Shown: positions 43,230 to 55,655, counted from the first letter of the stretch. The stretch is 64,000 bases of DNA from an uncultured Acidobacteriota bacterium (GCA_963827655.1 CAWHCF010000038.1:1-64000), one strand, 5' to 3'. A program made the numbers and translations. Notes: a model not told the origin generated them from the letters alone.

Positions 43230-44168
43230 TCAAAGCCCCGGCACGCCCCAGGCCAGGGTAGGGTGTATGGGCCGCGCGGTCGCCTCATCCGTGTGCACCA
43301 CGCAATCCGGATGGCCTTGCAGAAGTGTTGAGGGATAGTCCGACGTCGGGTCGCCCAGCAGCGTAATGCGGAAGACGGCGCGATGCCGCTCCCCTCCGGC
43401 AAGGAAGAGGCGAATCTTCCGCGAGGCGAGGATGTCCCTGAAACCCAGAGTGACGGCCATGGGCGGGATCAAGTCGGAACTTCCGCCCGAAGAGTTGATG
43501 CTCTGGATCACGATCGAGTCATCGCCGAGCGCGACGATCCGGGTCAGCGAGTCTCGCATCTGATCCGGGCTGATCTTGTACCAGCGCGAGATGGGCGGAT
43601 CGTTGAAGGCCACATGCCCGTGGTACCCGATGCCTCCGAAACAGGTATCGATTCCGCCCACCGCCCGCATCTTTTCGCTGATGGCATCGGGAGCGAATGG
43701 GCTGGGAAAGTGAGTGTTATCGGGACTCGGACGCACAGCGGCGTCCAGCTTGCCAAAGACCTGGCGACGCATGAAACCCTCGAAGCTCAGCGGGTGGTCG
43801 AGCGCGAGCGGGCGTCCCTGCCAGTCCAGAAGTTCGTCCATCTGAAATGTAAACACGTTCTTCCAGCTGATTCGCTCGCGGTTGCAAATCTCAACCAGAC
43901 GGAAATATTGAGCTACGGGACCGACAGGCAGAATCCAGCGCGTCGGTTCATTCTTGGCGTTGTTGGAGCTGATCTCGTCAGCCATGGAGCGGGCAAAATG
44001 CTCCATCATGGCCGGGACGTCAGGAAACAAACGAACTCCCAGTCGAGCGCGGGTCAACAGTTCGGCGACCGGAAGGCTCAGCCATTGCTGCAGGCTCATC
44101 AAGGTGCCCTGAAGCGAAGGATTATATAGCAACGATCCGAGGATAGGTTCGTGGTCATCTGAAGCCAT
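43230..44168 (-). CDS. Glucosamine-6-phosphate deaminase/isomerase-like protein
   Basis: ILPVGP, F.MDE, GGIDTCFGGIG..GHVAFN.P, AVTLG, YPSTLLQ.HP. Confidence 0.75.
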   Translation of the reverse strand: MASDDHEPILGSLLYNPSLQGTLMSLQQWLSLPVAELLTRARLGVRLFPDVPAMMEHFARSMADEISSNNAKNEPTRWILPVGPVAQYFRLVEICNRERISWKNVFTFQMDELLDWQGRPLALDHPLSFEGFMRRQVFGKLDAAVRPSPDNTHFPSPFAPDAISEKMRAVGGIDTCFGGIGYHGHVAFNDPPISRWYKISPDQMRDSLTRIVALGDDSIVIQSINSSGGSSDLIPPMAVTLGFRDILASRKIRLFLAGGERHRAVFRITLLGDPTSDYPSTLLQGHPDCVVHTDEATARPIHPTLAWGVPGL

Positions 44169-44245
44169 GCTATACTCGCCCGCCCTCACTTCGTGTTTCT
44201 TGGTGTCCTTGTGTCTTCATGTGATTATCTGGCACTGCATGGAGC

Positions 44246-47047
44246 GTGAGCATGGCTGGTCGAGACAAGCGGCGCGAATGTCAAATTGCTCTTTTAAGCT
44301 GTCTCATCATCTTTCCGGGTGTGCTTTTTGCCGGCGCCGCAGACTCATCCATCGTTAGAGAGGGAATCGTTACGGATGAGTCGGGTGCCTCGATCGCAAA
44401 TGCCAGGCTTATCGTACAGAGCACCCAGGGTTCCGTTTTGCAGGAGCATTTTACTGGCGAAGACGGAGCCTTCAGTGTTTCCGGATTGCCGCCCGGTTCC
44501 TATGTCCTCAAAGTGATGGCCGGAAACTTTCAAGCCCGTGAAATGAGTCTCGAGTTGACTCCAGTCGATACATCGAAGCTCAAGATCGTGTTGAGCCTCG
44601 AGTGGTTGCGGAATGAAGTTACGGTCACAGCCAGGCGCGGAGCCGTCGAAGAGATCGAGGACGCGGCGAATATCATCACGGTCAAAGATCAGGTCGATTT
44701 CCAGAGGCCGCTCGTGACCATCGGGAACGCGCTCGAAAACAGCGCGGGCATAATGGTGCAGCAGAGCACTTACGGTCAGGTGTCGCCATTTCTGCGAGGT
44801 TTGACGGGGTATCAGGTTCTCAATCTCATTGATGGAATCCGGTTCAACAATTCCACATTCAGATCCGGCCCAAATCAATACCTCGCTTTTGTCGAGCCCA
44901 GTCAGGCACAACGAATCGAGGCGCTGCTTGGCCCGACAGGCTCTCAATACGGGAGTGACGCGCTGGGTGGAACGATTCAGGTATTGACGCTCGAACCAAG
45001 GTTCAGTCGAGAAGGAAGATTCGACCTCCATGGCGATCTGCAGACTTTCGGGGCAAGTGCCGATGCTTCTTCCGGAGGCAATCTGGGCCTCTCTCTCGGC
45101 AGCGATCGCCGCGCGCTGTTACTCGGCGCCACGTGGCGGCGGCATAACGACCTGCGCGGAGGCAGCGGCCGCGACTCCCGCCACGTCTTCCATCGCTTCT
45201 TTGGTTTGTCCGACGACCAGATTCGGGATCTCGAGGGGAGCCGTCAGCAGGACACCGGTTTTACTCAATATGGGTGGCACAGTAAACTGGCAATGCGGCT
45301 GGCCAGCGATAATAACCTCACGCTCTGGTATCAACGCAGCGACCTCGATCGTGTTCGAAGCTACAAGGATCTGTGGGGAGGGCTCGGGAGACTGCGCTAC
45401 GATTTCACTCCCCAGGACCTGCAATTCTTCTATGCCCGCTATGAAAAACTGGGCCTCGGCTTCATCGATTCCTTGTCCGGCACCTTTTCCGTGAATTCAC
45501 AGGCGGACGGATCCGTCCGCCAGGGATTGCAATCGACGGACCCGGTTGTCGACGATGACGTCTCGGTTAAGGCCCTCGGTTATTCTTTGCAAGGCACGAC
45601 TCACCTCGGTCGCCGTCACGCGCTCGTATTTGGCGGAGAAATCTACGACGAGCGGATCGGCGCCAGCCGATTCGATTTCGACCCCCGAACCAACGCGACG
45701 GTACAGAAACGCGCCCGCTATCCGGACGGCTCTCGCTATACAACCTATGGCCTGTTTGCCCAGAATTCGGCCGACCTGATCCATAGAAAACTGCGCGCTG
45801 TCCTCGCCGGTCGTTTCACCGGGGTTGACTTTCGCACGTTCGCAGAACGAAACCGCGATGCTTCCGGATCTAACCTGGGTGTAATCGATGTTTCGCAAAC
45901 GTATCAGGACCTCACTTTCAATACTAACCTGGTGTGGCAACTGAATGAGCTGATCGCTCTTAATTTTCTCGTCGGTCGCGGATTTCGATCACCTAATCTG
46001 AATGATCTGGGCGCGCTGGGACTCAACGACCTGGGCTACGAAGTACCCGGGCAGGATGCGGCGGCCTTTAACGGTCTCATTGGAAGCAGCGATGGTGAAG
46101 ACGCGCTGTCAACCGGCAGGAATGTCGACAGGCTCGCTGCGGAAAGGATGTTCAACTACGAGTTTGGTGTGACGGTTCGCCACCGTCGATACTACGCTCG
46201 CGCGCACGTCTTCGATGCCGAGTTGAAGGACCCCATCGTGCGGCGAACGCTTCTATTCTCGGCCGATCTGGTTCCCCCGTCCCTGGCGGGCATTCCAGTT
46301 AGCGCCATAGCTGCCACCCCCTCGCAACGCGGGCAGGGTGTGGTAACTGTGGCCACAAGCGCCGACCCTCGAGCTGTGAAGGCTTTCGTCAATGACGGAC
46401 AGATTCGCTATTACGGCGTCGATGCCGTTTTCCACTGCTCTCTTTCATCCCGTGTTTCGGCTGACGTTAATTACACCTACCTCGTGGGACGAGAGCTCAA
46501 TCCGAATCGCTTTGTGCGGCGCCTTCCCCCTCAGCAAGGCTTTCTTGCCTTGCACTATCAGCCTGAAGGCGGAAGGTTCTGGGTCGATGTCAGCGGGAAC
46601 TTCGTGGGTGCGCAGGATCGCTTGAGCGGCGGAGACCTGACGGATGAACGGATAGGGGCGTCGCGGCGTCGGCGCGACATTCTTGACTTCTTCCAGGGAT
46701 CTCTGGTTCGGCGCTACATTCAGCCCGGCCTCGATGGCGTCATCGGAACCGCCGATGATTTGTTCGCCCCGACCGGTGAAACGTCGAACCAGATTCGCGA
46801 CCGCGTGCTGCCGGTCGGCAAGGTGATCAACGGCGTGGAGATCGTTGACGATAACAGCCGGGTCCCCTTGTTTCTGTCGAATCCGGGTTTCGTTTCCTTT
46901 ACCCTGTCCGGCGGTTTCCGGCTAACCGAGAAAGCGACCGTCAGTCTTGCGCTGCAGAACCTTCTGGATCGGAATTATCGTATCCACGGGTCCGGGATTG
47001 ACGCCCCGGGAATCAACGCCTTCGTGAGCTTGAAATACTCCTTCTGA
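44246..47047 (+). CDS. TonB-dependent receptor with an N-terminal carboxypeptidase-regulatory-like domain
   Basis: [59 protein letters not shown], terminal KYSF. Confidence 0.9.
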   Translation: MSMAGRDKRRECQIALLSCLIIFPGVLFAGAADSSIVREGIVTDESGASIANARLIVQSTQGSVLQEHFTGEDGAFSVSGLPPGSYVLKVMAGNFQAREMSLELTPVDTSKLKIVLSLEWLRNEVTVTARRGAVEEIEDAANIITVKDQVDFQRPLVTIGNALENSAGIMVQQSTYGQVSPFLRGLTGYQVLNLIDGIRFNNSTFRSGPNQYLAFVEPSQAQRIEALLGPTGSQYGSDALGGTIQVLTLEPRFSREGRFDLHGDLQTFGASADASSGGNLGLSLGSDRRALLLGATWRRHNDLRGGSGRDSRHVFHRFFGLSDDQIRDLEGSRQQDTGFTQYGWHSKLAMRLASDNNLTLWYQRSDLDRVRSYKDLWGGLGRLRYDFTPQDLQFFYARYEKLGLGFIDSLSGTFSVNSQADGSVRQGLQSTDPVVDDDVSVKALGYSLQGTTHLGRRHALVFGGEIYDERIGASRFDFDPRTNATVQKRARYPDGSRYTTYGLFAQNSADLIHRKLRAVLAGRFTGVDFRTFAERNRDASGSNLGVIDVSQTYQDLTFNTNLVWQLNELIALNFLVGRGFRSPNLNDLGALGLNDLGYEVPGQDAAAFNGLIGSSDGEDALSTGRNVDRLAAERMFNYEFGVTVRHRRYYARAHVFDAELKDPIVRRTLLFSADLVPPSLAGIPVSAIAATPSQRGQGVVTVATSADPRAVKAFVNDGQIRYYGVDAVFHCSLSSRVSADVNYTYLVGRELNPNRFVRRLPPQQGFLALHYQPEGGRFWVDVSGNFVGAQDRLSGGDLTDERIGASRRRRDILDFFQGSLVRRYIQPGLDGVIGTADDLFAPTGETSNQIRDRVLPVGKVINGVEIVDDNSRVPLFLSNPGFVSFTLSGGFRLTEKATVSLALQNLLDRNYRIHGSGIDAPGINAFVSLKYSF

Positions 47048-47087
47048 TTCCGCGGAACAAATACACACCAGACGCGAGAACACGAGG

Positions 47088-47954
47088 TTACTGATTCGTT
47101 GAATCGGGTTTTCCGTTAGTCCGCCGGATGACTCCGGAGTCAACGGTCTTTCCGGGACGGCTGATGGTCTGGAAATAAAGTTGATCGCCGGCGATTTCAA
47201 CCAGCATGAAGGAATTATCCTGGTCGAAACCTTTGGCGGTCAAATCGGTCTTCGCCAGGTTGCCCTCGCGCAGCTTGGCGCTTCCTCCCTGCGTGAAATG
47301 GTAGATTCCTTTTTGCGGCTTGAGCCGCTCGTAAAAATGCTCGTGTCCGGCAAACACCACGGAGACGTTGTGTTTCAGAAGTACCGGTTCGAGGATTTTT
47401 CTCAACTCCACCGCCGGTCCGTGCTTTTCACCCGACGAGTACAAAGGATGGTGGAAGAAACAGATCTTCCAATCGCTGCCGGAACCGCTCAACTCTTTCT
47501 CCAACCACTCGAGCTGCTTCTTGTCCATGTAATTGCTGTCGAGTGCAAAGAAGCGCACGCCGGCTTTGGGCCTGAAGCTGTAGTAGCGTTCCCCGCTCAT
47601 GTTGAATAGTTTGTAAAAGCGCTGGTTGGGATCATCGTGATTTCCCAGAGCCGCATAGAACTTGATCCCGGCATCGAGAAGCGGCTTGTAGGGGCGCTCA
47701 AACTTCTTCTCAAAGTCTTTGGCCTCCTCGTTCCCGTAAAGGTTGTCTCCCAGCATCAGGACGAACTCGTAAGGAAATTTACTGCGATACTCGATGAGCG
47801 TTTTACCAACTTGATACTGAGATGTCGTGCCGGTACCGGTATCGCCGATCACGGCGAAACGGAGCGAGTCCCGGACTAAAGGGAGAGTCAGCTGCTGGCT
47901 CCAGGCCAGCTGCGGGAAAACCACCAGCAACCATAGAGAGATCACAGAACGCAT
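47088..47954 (-). CDS. Secreted metallophosphoesterase
   Basis: GAGGAGG RBS; IGDTG, LGDNLY, LGNHD, FHHP, AGHEH. Confidence 0.9.
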   Translation of the reverse strand: MRSVISLWLLVVFPQLAWSQQLTLPLVRDSLRFAVIGDTGTGTTSQYQVGKTLIEYRSKFPYEFVLMLGDNLYGNEEAKDFEKKFERPYKPLLDAGIKFYAALGNHDDPNQRFYKLFNMSGERYYSFRPKAGVRFFALDSNYMDKKQLEWLEKELSGSGSDWKICFFHHPLYSSGEKHGPAVELRKILEPVLLKHNVSVVFAGHEHFYERLKPQKGIYHFTQGGSAKLREGNLAKTDLTAKGFDQDNSFMLVEIAGDQLYFQTISRPGKTVDSGVIRRTNGKPDSTNQ

Positions 47955-47973
47955 GATGCCCTCCTCGCCGCGG

Positions 47974-48568
47974 TTACGTGGCCGGAACCGCGTCGAGAAT
48001 GTAATCCACGATGATGTTAGCCTTGCATCTCGCAGGATGAGGTGCCGCCCGACGAAGCGATAGTCCAGTTCCTTCGGGAGCTGCGGCAGTTTAAGAAGGA
48101 GAGCCGGAGGTACAAGCGACAAGGGCGCGCCGTCAGGATAGACCGCATTTGCTCCAAGCCGAACCGGGCTTCCCTCGGATCTTGGGTTTCCTTCCTTTAT
48201 CGCCGCGCGAACGCGAGCCCCATCCGTGCCTTTCGATTCGCCCCGGATTATTCCAAGAAACAGCTTCCGGGCCTCCGGGAAAAAAATATCGCCCTGCCCG
48301 GGCCTGCGGAACGCGCCTGGCGGATCGCGGAAGCAAGCGCTTCTTCACGCGCATTAATCTGCGCGGGATCGTCCGTCCGTTTCAGCTTCGGGACGTCTTT
48401 CTCCGCGCGCTTGTGCAACTCCACATATTCGGCGACCCGATCATTGAATTCTTTGAGGATCAGCGCGTCCGGGTTCGTGCGCTTGTCGTCCTGCTGGAAA
48501 GCACCAGGCACAACTGGCGTGAATATCAGGAACAATATCAGACCTGACACTCCGGCTTTTGTTTTCAT
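47974..48568 (-). CDS. Conserved secreted hypothetical protein (several indels)
   Basis: Signal peptide; EFNDRVAEYVELHK...LASAIRQAR; LLLKLPQLPKELDYRFVGRHLILRD; upstream of and co-oriented with the phosphoesterase. Confidence 0.6.
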
Positions 48569-48694
48569 GGCTCTAAGAGCCCTCCGTAATTTGATCGGGG
48601 ATCGACCCCAGTTGTTTCTCATGGTCCACATCCGAATCGCTCCAACGCGCCGGATCTTCTGGGACGATTCCGAAAGCTCCCTCGTTAGCTCAAG

Positions 48695-48709
48695 GCAAGA
48701 GTCGCGCCG
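48695..48709 (-). promoter_or_regulatory. Candidate sigma-54 -24/-12 promoter
   Basis: Minus strand CGGCGCGACTCTTGC = GG-N10-GC with TTGC; palindrome GGGAAAATTTCCC about 90 bp further upstream. Confidence 0.45.
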
Positions 48710-48901
48710 CTCGCGGGTTTGAACTTACAACTGATTACGAGAGAGTTGCTTAGATGCCCGGGCGGACTGAGATAAAGGGACGGCTGGAAAAGAAAAATCG
48801 GGAAAATTTCCCGCCACGATGCGGGTTAATCGCGTAACCAAATCCGAGGGAAACTCTCGCATGGGCAAACCATCAGGAGCAAGCAGGACGGAGGTTAGTT
48901 C

Positions 48902-50183
48902 ATGTCGCGTCAGAATCTACTTTTCAAACTTCTTCCACTCCTGCTGTTTGTTATGACTCCGCGCACCGGTCTCGGTTACTCGGTCCTTACCCATGAGGCA
49001 ATCATCGATTCAGCCTGGGTGGATTTGATCCGGCCTCTGATCCTCAGGCGGTATCCGGATGCCTCCGAGGACGCGCTGCGTGAAGCCCACGCCTACGCGT
49101 ACGGTGGATGCGTTATTCAAGACGTAGGGTATTATCCTTTCTCCAACAAATTCTTCAGCGACCTCGTACATTGCGTCCGAAGCGGAGACTTTGTCGAATC
49201 GTTGATTCACGAGTCGCAGAATCCCCACGAGTTCGCCTTCGCGCTTGGCGCGCTGGCCCACTACTGCGCCGATAGTAACGGCCATGCCATAGCCGTCAAC
49301 CGCGCGGTGCCCCTGCTTTACAAGAAGCTGGCCGAGAAGTTCGGCGACGAAATTTCCTTTGCCGACAACCCCAAGGCACACCTCCGGCTAGAATTCGGGT
49401 TCGATGTGTTACAGGTCGCGCGCGGTCATTACGGTGATGAAGCCTACCGGGACTTCATAGGATTCAAGGTGTCGAAAGACTGTGCTGGAGCGCGCCTTTC
49501 TGCAGACTTACGGCCTCGACCTGAAAGAAGTTCTTACCAGCCCGGACCTAGCGCTCGGGACCTATCGGCGCGGTGTGAGTTCCATCATTCCGAAGATGAC
49601 CCAGGTAGCCTGGGAATGGAAGAAAGATGAAATTCAGAGTGTGGGCCCCACCGCGACGTACGAGAAATTCATCTTTAACTTGTCGCGCGCGGAGTACGAA
49701 AAACAATGGGGGAAAGACTACGAGGAGCCTGGATTGCTCGTCAAGTTCCTGGGCCTGTTGCTCCGGATCGTGCCGAAAGTCGGACCCTTCAAAGCCCTGT
49801 CGTTCAAGATTCTCACGCCGGAAGCCGAGCAGTTGTTCATGAAAAGCTTTAATGCGACGCTCGACACCTACCGTGCGCTGGTCGATCAACTTCACACCGG
49901 TCGCCTCGATTTGACAAATAACAATCTCGATCTGGGAAGGCCTACCGGGCCGGGCGAGTATGAAATAACCGACGAAGCCTACGCGCGGCTTCTGGATAAG
50001 CTCGCGGAGAACAGATTCGAGAACGTAAATCCCGACTTGCGTGCCGACATTGTTGCTTTCTACAGCAACCTCAACGCCCCGTTTGTTACCAAGAAAAAGA
50101 AGAAACACTGGCGCAAGACCATTGAGGCACTCGCAGCCCTGAAGGCAGCGATGGAGGCACTTAGTGTTTCTTCGTGTCTTTGA
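48902..50183 (+). CDS. Zinc-dependent phospholipase C family protein (indel near 49482)
   Basis: YSVLTHEAIID, AYAYGG..IQD.GYYPF, GALAHY.AD..GH, H.R.EFGFD. Confidence 0.8.
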
Positions 50184-50254
50184 GTCTTTGTGGTATTTGT
50201 TACACAGTTCTAACCACGAAGAAACGAAGACACAAGGAATCGGGCGGAGGAGGT

Positions 50255-52561
50255 ATGAAACGACACATCGCCACGGCGCTGCTGCTCCTTGCATGCACTC
50301 TGTCGACCCATGCCGGACAAACCGCCGCCGATTCGTGGGCGCCGGTTTCGGGCCACATCATGACTCGATGGGCCGAGAAAGTTTCTCCGGATAACGCCTG
50401 GCGCGAGTACCCGCGCCCACGAATGCAGCGCGGCGAGAATAGCTGGGTAAACCTCAACGGGCTTTGGGATTTCGGCCGGACCAAATCCGCCGAACTGCCG
50501 GATCCGGGCGTGTATCGCCGGAAAATCCTCGTTCCCTTTCCCGTGGAATCCGCCCTCTCCGGCGTCAAGGAGGCGGTCGATGGAACAGACTTCCTGTTTT
50601 ATCGCCGCCGGTTCGTAAAGCCGGATGATCTTGCGGGGCGGCGACTGCTGCTTCATTTCGGCGCCGTGGATTGGCATTCCGCCGTCTGGACCAATGGCAA
50701 GCGGATCGGCGAACACAAAGGCGGTTACGACCCTTTCTATTTCGACATAACCGATGCGCTGTCGGTTGAGCGCGAACAGGAAGTCGTCATCCGCGTGTCG
50801 GATCCGACCGACGACTACACACAACCGCGAGGAAAGCAGATGACGCGCCCTTACGGCATCTGGTACACGCCGGTCTCGGGCATCTGGCAGACGGTCTGGC
50901 TGGAGGTTGTGCCCGAATCTCATGTGCAATCGCTGACGATCACGCCCAACATCGATCAGCGCGAGGTCATCCTGCAGGTCAAGGGTTCGCAGGCAGCCGC
51001 CGGAGCCGAGGTTGTGATTGAGGCGCCCGCCATCCGCAACGGGGACACAACGGAAGGGGTCCGTCTCACGGCGAACGGGCGCATGGACGAGGCGATCAAG
51101 TTGTCCATTCCCAATCCGAGGCTCTGGTCGCCCGATCAGCCCTGGCTCTATGATGTGACGATCTCCTTGAGACAACGCGGCGCGATAGTGGATCGCGTGA
51201 CGAGCTACTTCGGCATGCGGAAAATTTCTCTGGGCCACGACGCCAATGGCTACGCTCGATTATTGCTGAACAACAAGGAAACGTTTCATTGGGGCCTGCT
51301 CGACCAGGGATGGTGGCCGGACGGGCTTTATGCCGCTCCCACCGATGAGGCGCTCCGGTACGATATCGAAGTTGCCAAGAAACTTGGTTTCAACCTGCTG
51401 CGCAAGCACGTCAAGGTCGAGCCGGAACGGTGGTACTACCATTGCGACCGCCTGGGTATTCTGGTGTGGCAGGACATGCCCAATGGCAACCTGCGGCAGA
51501 ACAAACCCGACAACCTGATAGTCGCCCCCCATCAACCCGATGCGAAGCGTGACCCTGAATCGGCGCGCCAATTCGAGCAGGAGCTCAAGGCCATGATTGA
51601 TGCTCGCCGGAGCCATCCCTGCATCGTGGCCTGGGTGCCCTTCAATGAAGGCTGGGGGCAGTATGACACCATCCGGATCACGAATTGGATAAGGGCATAC
51701 GATCCGAGCCGGCTGATTGTTCCGGCAGCAGGTTGGTCGGACCGGGGTAATGGCGATATCTCGGACAACCATATGTATCCAGGCCCTGGCATGGAACCGG
51801 CTGAGATACGCCGCGCCGTGGTCCTGGGCGAGTTCGGCGGGCTCGGGTTGCCGCTGGACGGCCATCTGTGGCTGAACCAGTCAAATTGGGGATATCGCAC
51901 CTATAACACGTCTGAAGAACTTCGCGCGCGGTTTCGTGAGCTTCACCATCACCTCCGTCCGATCAGATCCCGAGGCATGGCCGGAGCCATTTACACTCAG
52001 GTCTCGGACGTCGAAATCGAGGTCAACGGTCTCATGACGTACGACCGCAAGGTCCTCAAATTCGATCCGGCCGAGATGAGTGAGCTGAGCCGGCAGCTCT
52101 TCGCCCCCCACAAACTGGCGACCTGGCTGGTGAACGATTCCGAAACCCTGCCTCATGCGTGGCTCTACTCCGATGAGCCTCCTCCGGCAAATTGGGCGCA
52201 GCCGGATTTCGACGATTCCGCGTGGCTCAGTGCCGACGCGCCCTTTGGCAACGACGCCAACACGGTGTTTCCACCGGGGAGCCTCATGAAGGGCGACCGG
52301 ATCTGGTTGAGGAAGAAGTTCACGCTCGCTGACCGCCCGGGCGGTGCCAGCCTTAAGGTTACCTATGGTGGGAGAACCAAGGTCTATATCAACGGCCAGA
52401 TCGTCGCCGAATACGACTGGGACCGCTCTCGTCACTACGGAGACATCAACATCAGCGGTCGGCTCGATGCGCTGCGCATCGGCGAAAACGTTCTGGCGGT
52501 GGAGACTCAAAAGACCCATGAGCGGGAGAAACGCGTCGATATGGGCCTTTATGTCTACTGA
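50255..52561 (+). CDS. Glycoside hydrolase family 2
   Basis: GGAGGAGG RBS; EYPRP, NLNGLW, LHFGAVDW, LDQGWWPDG, RKHVKVEP, WVPFNEGWGQ, GEFGG. Confidence 0.9.
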   Translation: MKRHIATALLLLACTLSTHAGQTAADSWAPVSGHIMTRWAEKVSPDNAWREYPRPRMQRGENSWVNLNGLWDFGRTKSAELPDPGVYRRKILVPFPVESALSGVKEAVDGTDFLFYRRRFVKPDDLAGRRLLLHFGAVDWHSAVWTNGKRIGEHKGGYDPFYFDITDALSVEREQEVVIRVSDPTDDYTQPRGKQMTRPYGIWYTPVSGIWQTVWLEVVPESHVQSLTITPNIDQREVILQVKGSQAAAGAEVVIEAPAIRNGDTTEGVRLTANGRMDEAIKLSIPNPRLWSPDQPWLYDVTISLRQRGAIVDRVTSYFGMRKISLGHDANGYARLLLNNKETFHWGLLDQGWWPDGLYAAPTDEALRYDIEVAKKLGFNLLRKHVKVEPERWYYHCDRLGILVWQDMPNGNLRQNKPDNLIVAPHQPDAKRDPESARQFEQELKAMIDARRSHPCIVAWVPFNEGWGQYDTIRITNWIRAYDPSRLIVPAAGWSDRGNGDISDNHMYPGPGMEPAEIRRAVVLGEFGGLGLPLDGHLWLNQSNWGYRTYNTSEELRARFRELHHHLRPIRSRGMAGAIYTQVSDVEIEVNGLMTYDRKVLKFDPAEMSELSRQLFAPHKLATWLVNDSETLPHAWLYSDEPPPANWAQPDFDDSAWLSADAPFGNDANTVFPPGSLMKGDRIWLRKKFTLADRPGGASLKVTYGGRTKVYINGQIVAEYDWDRSRHYGDINISGRLDALRIGENVLAVETQKTHEREKRVDMGLYVY

Positions 52562-52619
52562 ACATTGGCCGCGGCGGATTCTCTGGCATGCGTTTCTTCG
52601 TGTCTTCGCGGTAGGGAGG

Positions 52620-54200
52620 CTACCGCCAGGCTGCCGGGTGAGCTAGTTCGGCGGATTGTGACAGCGGCCCAGCAGACTTGAATATCCAAATACCTGCGCT
52701 GTTGTTCATGTGCTGGTCATAGCCACCGCTGATCAGGACCCGTCCATCCCTTAGCGTCGCGCTGGCCGCGTAGTACCATGCCCGTTCCAGGCTTCCGCCA
52801 CCGACGCTAAACCGGCCGCGCGACGGATCGTAGATTTCCACACGGCGGCCTGCGCCGGCCACGACGACCTTTCCGTCGCGGCTCGCAGTCACGGCTCCGG
52901 TGAACTTGAAGCGAGGCCGATGCATTCCGCTGGCCGCAGTGAACTTGTTGGTATCGGGGTCGAAAATCTCGGCGCTCCTGCGCTGTCCATTCCAGTCGCG
53001 CTCGTCCGATCCGCCGGCGATGAGAACTTTGCCGTCGTGCAGTAGCGTCGCCGAGTGTTTGTAGCGCTTTGAACTCATATTCCCCGCCGCAACGAAGATG
53101 TTCGACTCCGGGTCATACATTTCGGCCGATGCGAGCACCGCTCCCGCGCTCGATCTTCCTCCCGCAATCAACACCCTTCCGTCCGTCAGGAGAGTGGCTG
53201 TGTGCGCCGCGCGCGGCGACTTCATCTCGCCGGTCGTACGGAAGGTGCGAGTGGTTGGATCGAATAGTTCCGCCACCGCGCTGGGACTCGATACGCTCCC
53301 ACCCGTGATCAACACCTTTCCGTTTTTGAGCAGAGTTGCAGCATGACGCTCTCGCTCGACGTTCAAGTTCCCTGCAGATATGAATCTACCTGTGGCCGGC
53401 TGATAGAGCTCGGCGCTCGAAGTTACGCCGCCGCCCGTCAGGAGTACATCGCCGTGAGAGAGCAGGGTAGCGGTGTGGCCTGCGCGAGCGACTGACATGT
53501 CGCCGGTAGGCGTCGATCTTCCTGTCTTCGGGTCGTAGAGTTCCGCCGAGGCCGCAAGCACCTCCTCGCCTGTCACACTCACCATTCCGCCCGCCAAGAG
53601 GATTCGTCCATCGGGAAGCAATGTTGCGGTGTGGGCCGAGCGCGGCGCGAGCATCTTTCCGGCAAGATCCACTCTCCCGTTTCGTTCATCCGCTTGCAGA
53701 AACTCGCCGGTGGAAGCGATGATCCTGGGCGTAAACCCAACTACGGCAAGTATCAGCCCGCCGGCGATTCCTCTAAACAGCGAGTCCTTTTTGGCGCAGG
53801 TTTCCCCGCAGTTGACTGAGTACATCCAACCGAACACCAGGCTCATTGCGAAAAAAACAAATGTGAACAGAACCGCTTCCTCGACCGGCAGGTTTCGAAA
53901 GACGAATGCGCGAATCCCTGACACCGCCGCGACTATGCTCGTGATGAGCAGCGCGCTGGCGAGGGGGGAAACGAAAGTCGTTTGAGTGACGTTGATCTTG
54001 CGTCCCAGGATTATCAGGGCTGGAAACGCGACGGCCCCGCACAAAATCAACCCGCCCAGTCCAAGCATCGAGCCGAACATCACAAGGTCGAACAGAGTGA
54101 AGTCTTCCGGCGAGTATTCCCAAATGGAGGCGGCCGTTATGGCCGCTCCTGCCAGCCATGCAGCCGCAAAAGCCACCAGAAACCTTGTTGATGTTTTCAT
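52620..54200 (-). CDS. Membrane-anchored kelch-repeat protein
   Basis: About 5 N-terminal TM segments then repeats [16 protein letters not shown]. Confidence 0.85.
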   Translation of the reverse strand: MKTSTRFLVAFAAAWLAGAAITAASIWEYSPEDFTLFDLVMFGSMLGLGGLILCGAVAFPALIILGRKINVTQTTFVSPLASALLITSIVAAVSGIRAFVFRNLPVEEAVLFTFVFFAMSLVFGWMYSVNCGETCAKKDSLFRGIAGGLILAVVGFTPRIIASTGEFLQADERNGRVDLAGKMLAPRSAHTATLLPDGRILLAGGMVSVTGEEVLAASAELYDPKTGRSTPTGDMSVARAGHTATLLSHGDVLLTGGGVTSSAELYQPATGRFISAGNLNVERERHAATLLKNGKVLITGGSVSSPSAVAELFDPTTRTFRTTGEMKSPRAAHTATLLTDGRVLIAGGRSSAGAVLASAEMYDPESNIFVAAGNMSSKRYKHSATLLHDGKVLIAGGSDERDWNGQRRSAEIFDPDTNKFTAASGMHRPRFKFTGAVTASRDGKVVVAGAGRRVEIYDPSRGRFSVGGGSLERAWYYAASATLRDGRVLISGGYDQHMNNSAGIWIFKSAGPLSQSAELAHPAAWR

Positions 54201-54496
54201 TTCACCAGTACCTCGCGTCTTTGCGTCTTCGTGGTAAATCTTGTTCCAGGCTAACGATCTTAGGGTTCGCGCAGAAATAGGTTCGCATTCTGCTGCAGGC
54301 CCCCAGGGCCCGCTGGCGAGGCGCGAGCGACGATGCATACCCGGTGCGGTACGTGAGGAGCGAGCAACAAAGCCAGCGGGCCTGCGGGCCGCAGCCCGAA
54401 GGGGCGCGATCCTCAGCGTGCTTAGCGAACAGAAACCGGTTCATGATTGACCGCGTACTCTCGCGCCAGAATGTGAAGTTGTTTCTGCGCGAGCCC

Positions 54497-55598
54497 TTAG
54501 TTGGTCGAAAACCTGTAGACGGTTGTGGTCGAGTAGCGGCTGCCTGGCTTCAATACGACGGAAGGAAAGTTCGGCTTGTTGGGTGAGTCCGGGAAGTGCT
54601 GAGTCTCGAGACAGAATCCGTAGCGCCGTCCGTAGACCTTGCCTCCTTTGCCCTTGATCGTACCATCCAGGAAATTTCCGATGTAAAACTGGACGCCCGG
54701 CTCGGTGGTAAGGACCTCCATCACGCGACCCGATTTTGACTCGGTAACTCGCGCCGCAAGGCGGAGAGAACCGGCAGAGCCGTTGAGGACAAAGTTGTGG
54801 TCGTAGCCGTTGCCCAGCGTCAGTTGTTCGTCTTTGGCGTCGACCCTTTCGCCAATCGGGTGGGGCTTTCGGAAATCAAAAGGCGTTCCCTCGACACTTC
54901 GCAACTCGCCGGTAGGAATCAGTCCCTTGTCCACGGGCGTGAAGCGGTCGGCGTCGATCATCACGCTGTGCCCCAGAATATTGCCTTCACCCTGGCCGGC
55001 CAGATTGAAATAGGAATGGTTGGTGAGGTTGACGACCGTATTCTTGTCCGTCGTCGCGCTGTAGTCTATTCTCAATTCGTTATTGTCGGTCAAGGTATAA
55101 GAGACCGTGGCCGCCAGGTTTCCCGGGTAACCTTCCTCGCCGTCCTTGCTCAGATAACTGAGCTCGAGTCGCTGTCCATCCCGCTTTGCTTTCCACACGA
55201 CTTTGTCGAATCCCTTGATGCCTCCGTGCAGATGGTTCTCACCGTTGTTGCGGGCCAGGGTGTATTCGGCGCCGCCCAGCCGGAACGCGCCCTTGGCGAT
55301 GCGATTGCCGTAACGTCCGATTATCGCTCCGAAGTATGGATGGCCCTTCAGATACCCGTCGAGCGAATCGAAACCCAGCACCACGTCGGCGGCGCTTCCC
55401 GTTGCGATCCGGAACTTTCAGCGATACCACGATGCCGCCAAAATTCGTGATTGCTGCCTCGACCCCCTTGGAGTTTGTCAGCGTGTACAGTTCGACTCTT
55501 TCACCGGTGGGCGCCTTGCCAAATTCCTTTTGGGGCGCGTAAGACATCGCCGCAATTACTGCTGACAAACAAACAATCGCCAATCTGCCGATCGACAT
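54497..55598 (-). CDS. galM: Aldose 1-epimerase (indel near 55393)
   Basis: [54 protein letters not shown]. Confidence 0.9.
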
Positions 55599-55655
55599 AG
55601 GTGATGCTCCTTATTGAGGTAGTGCCTGGGCGTCTCTGGCGGTCATGCGCGGTTG

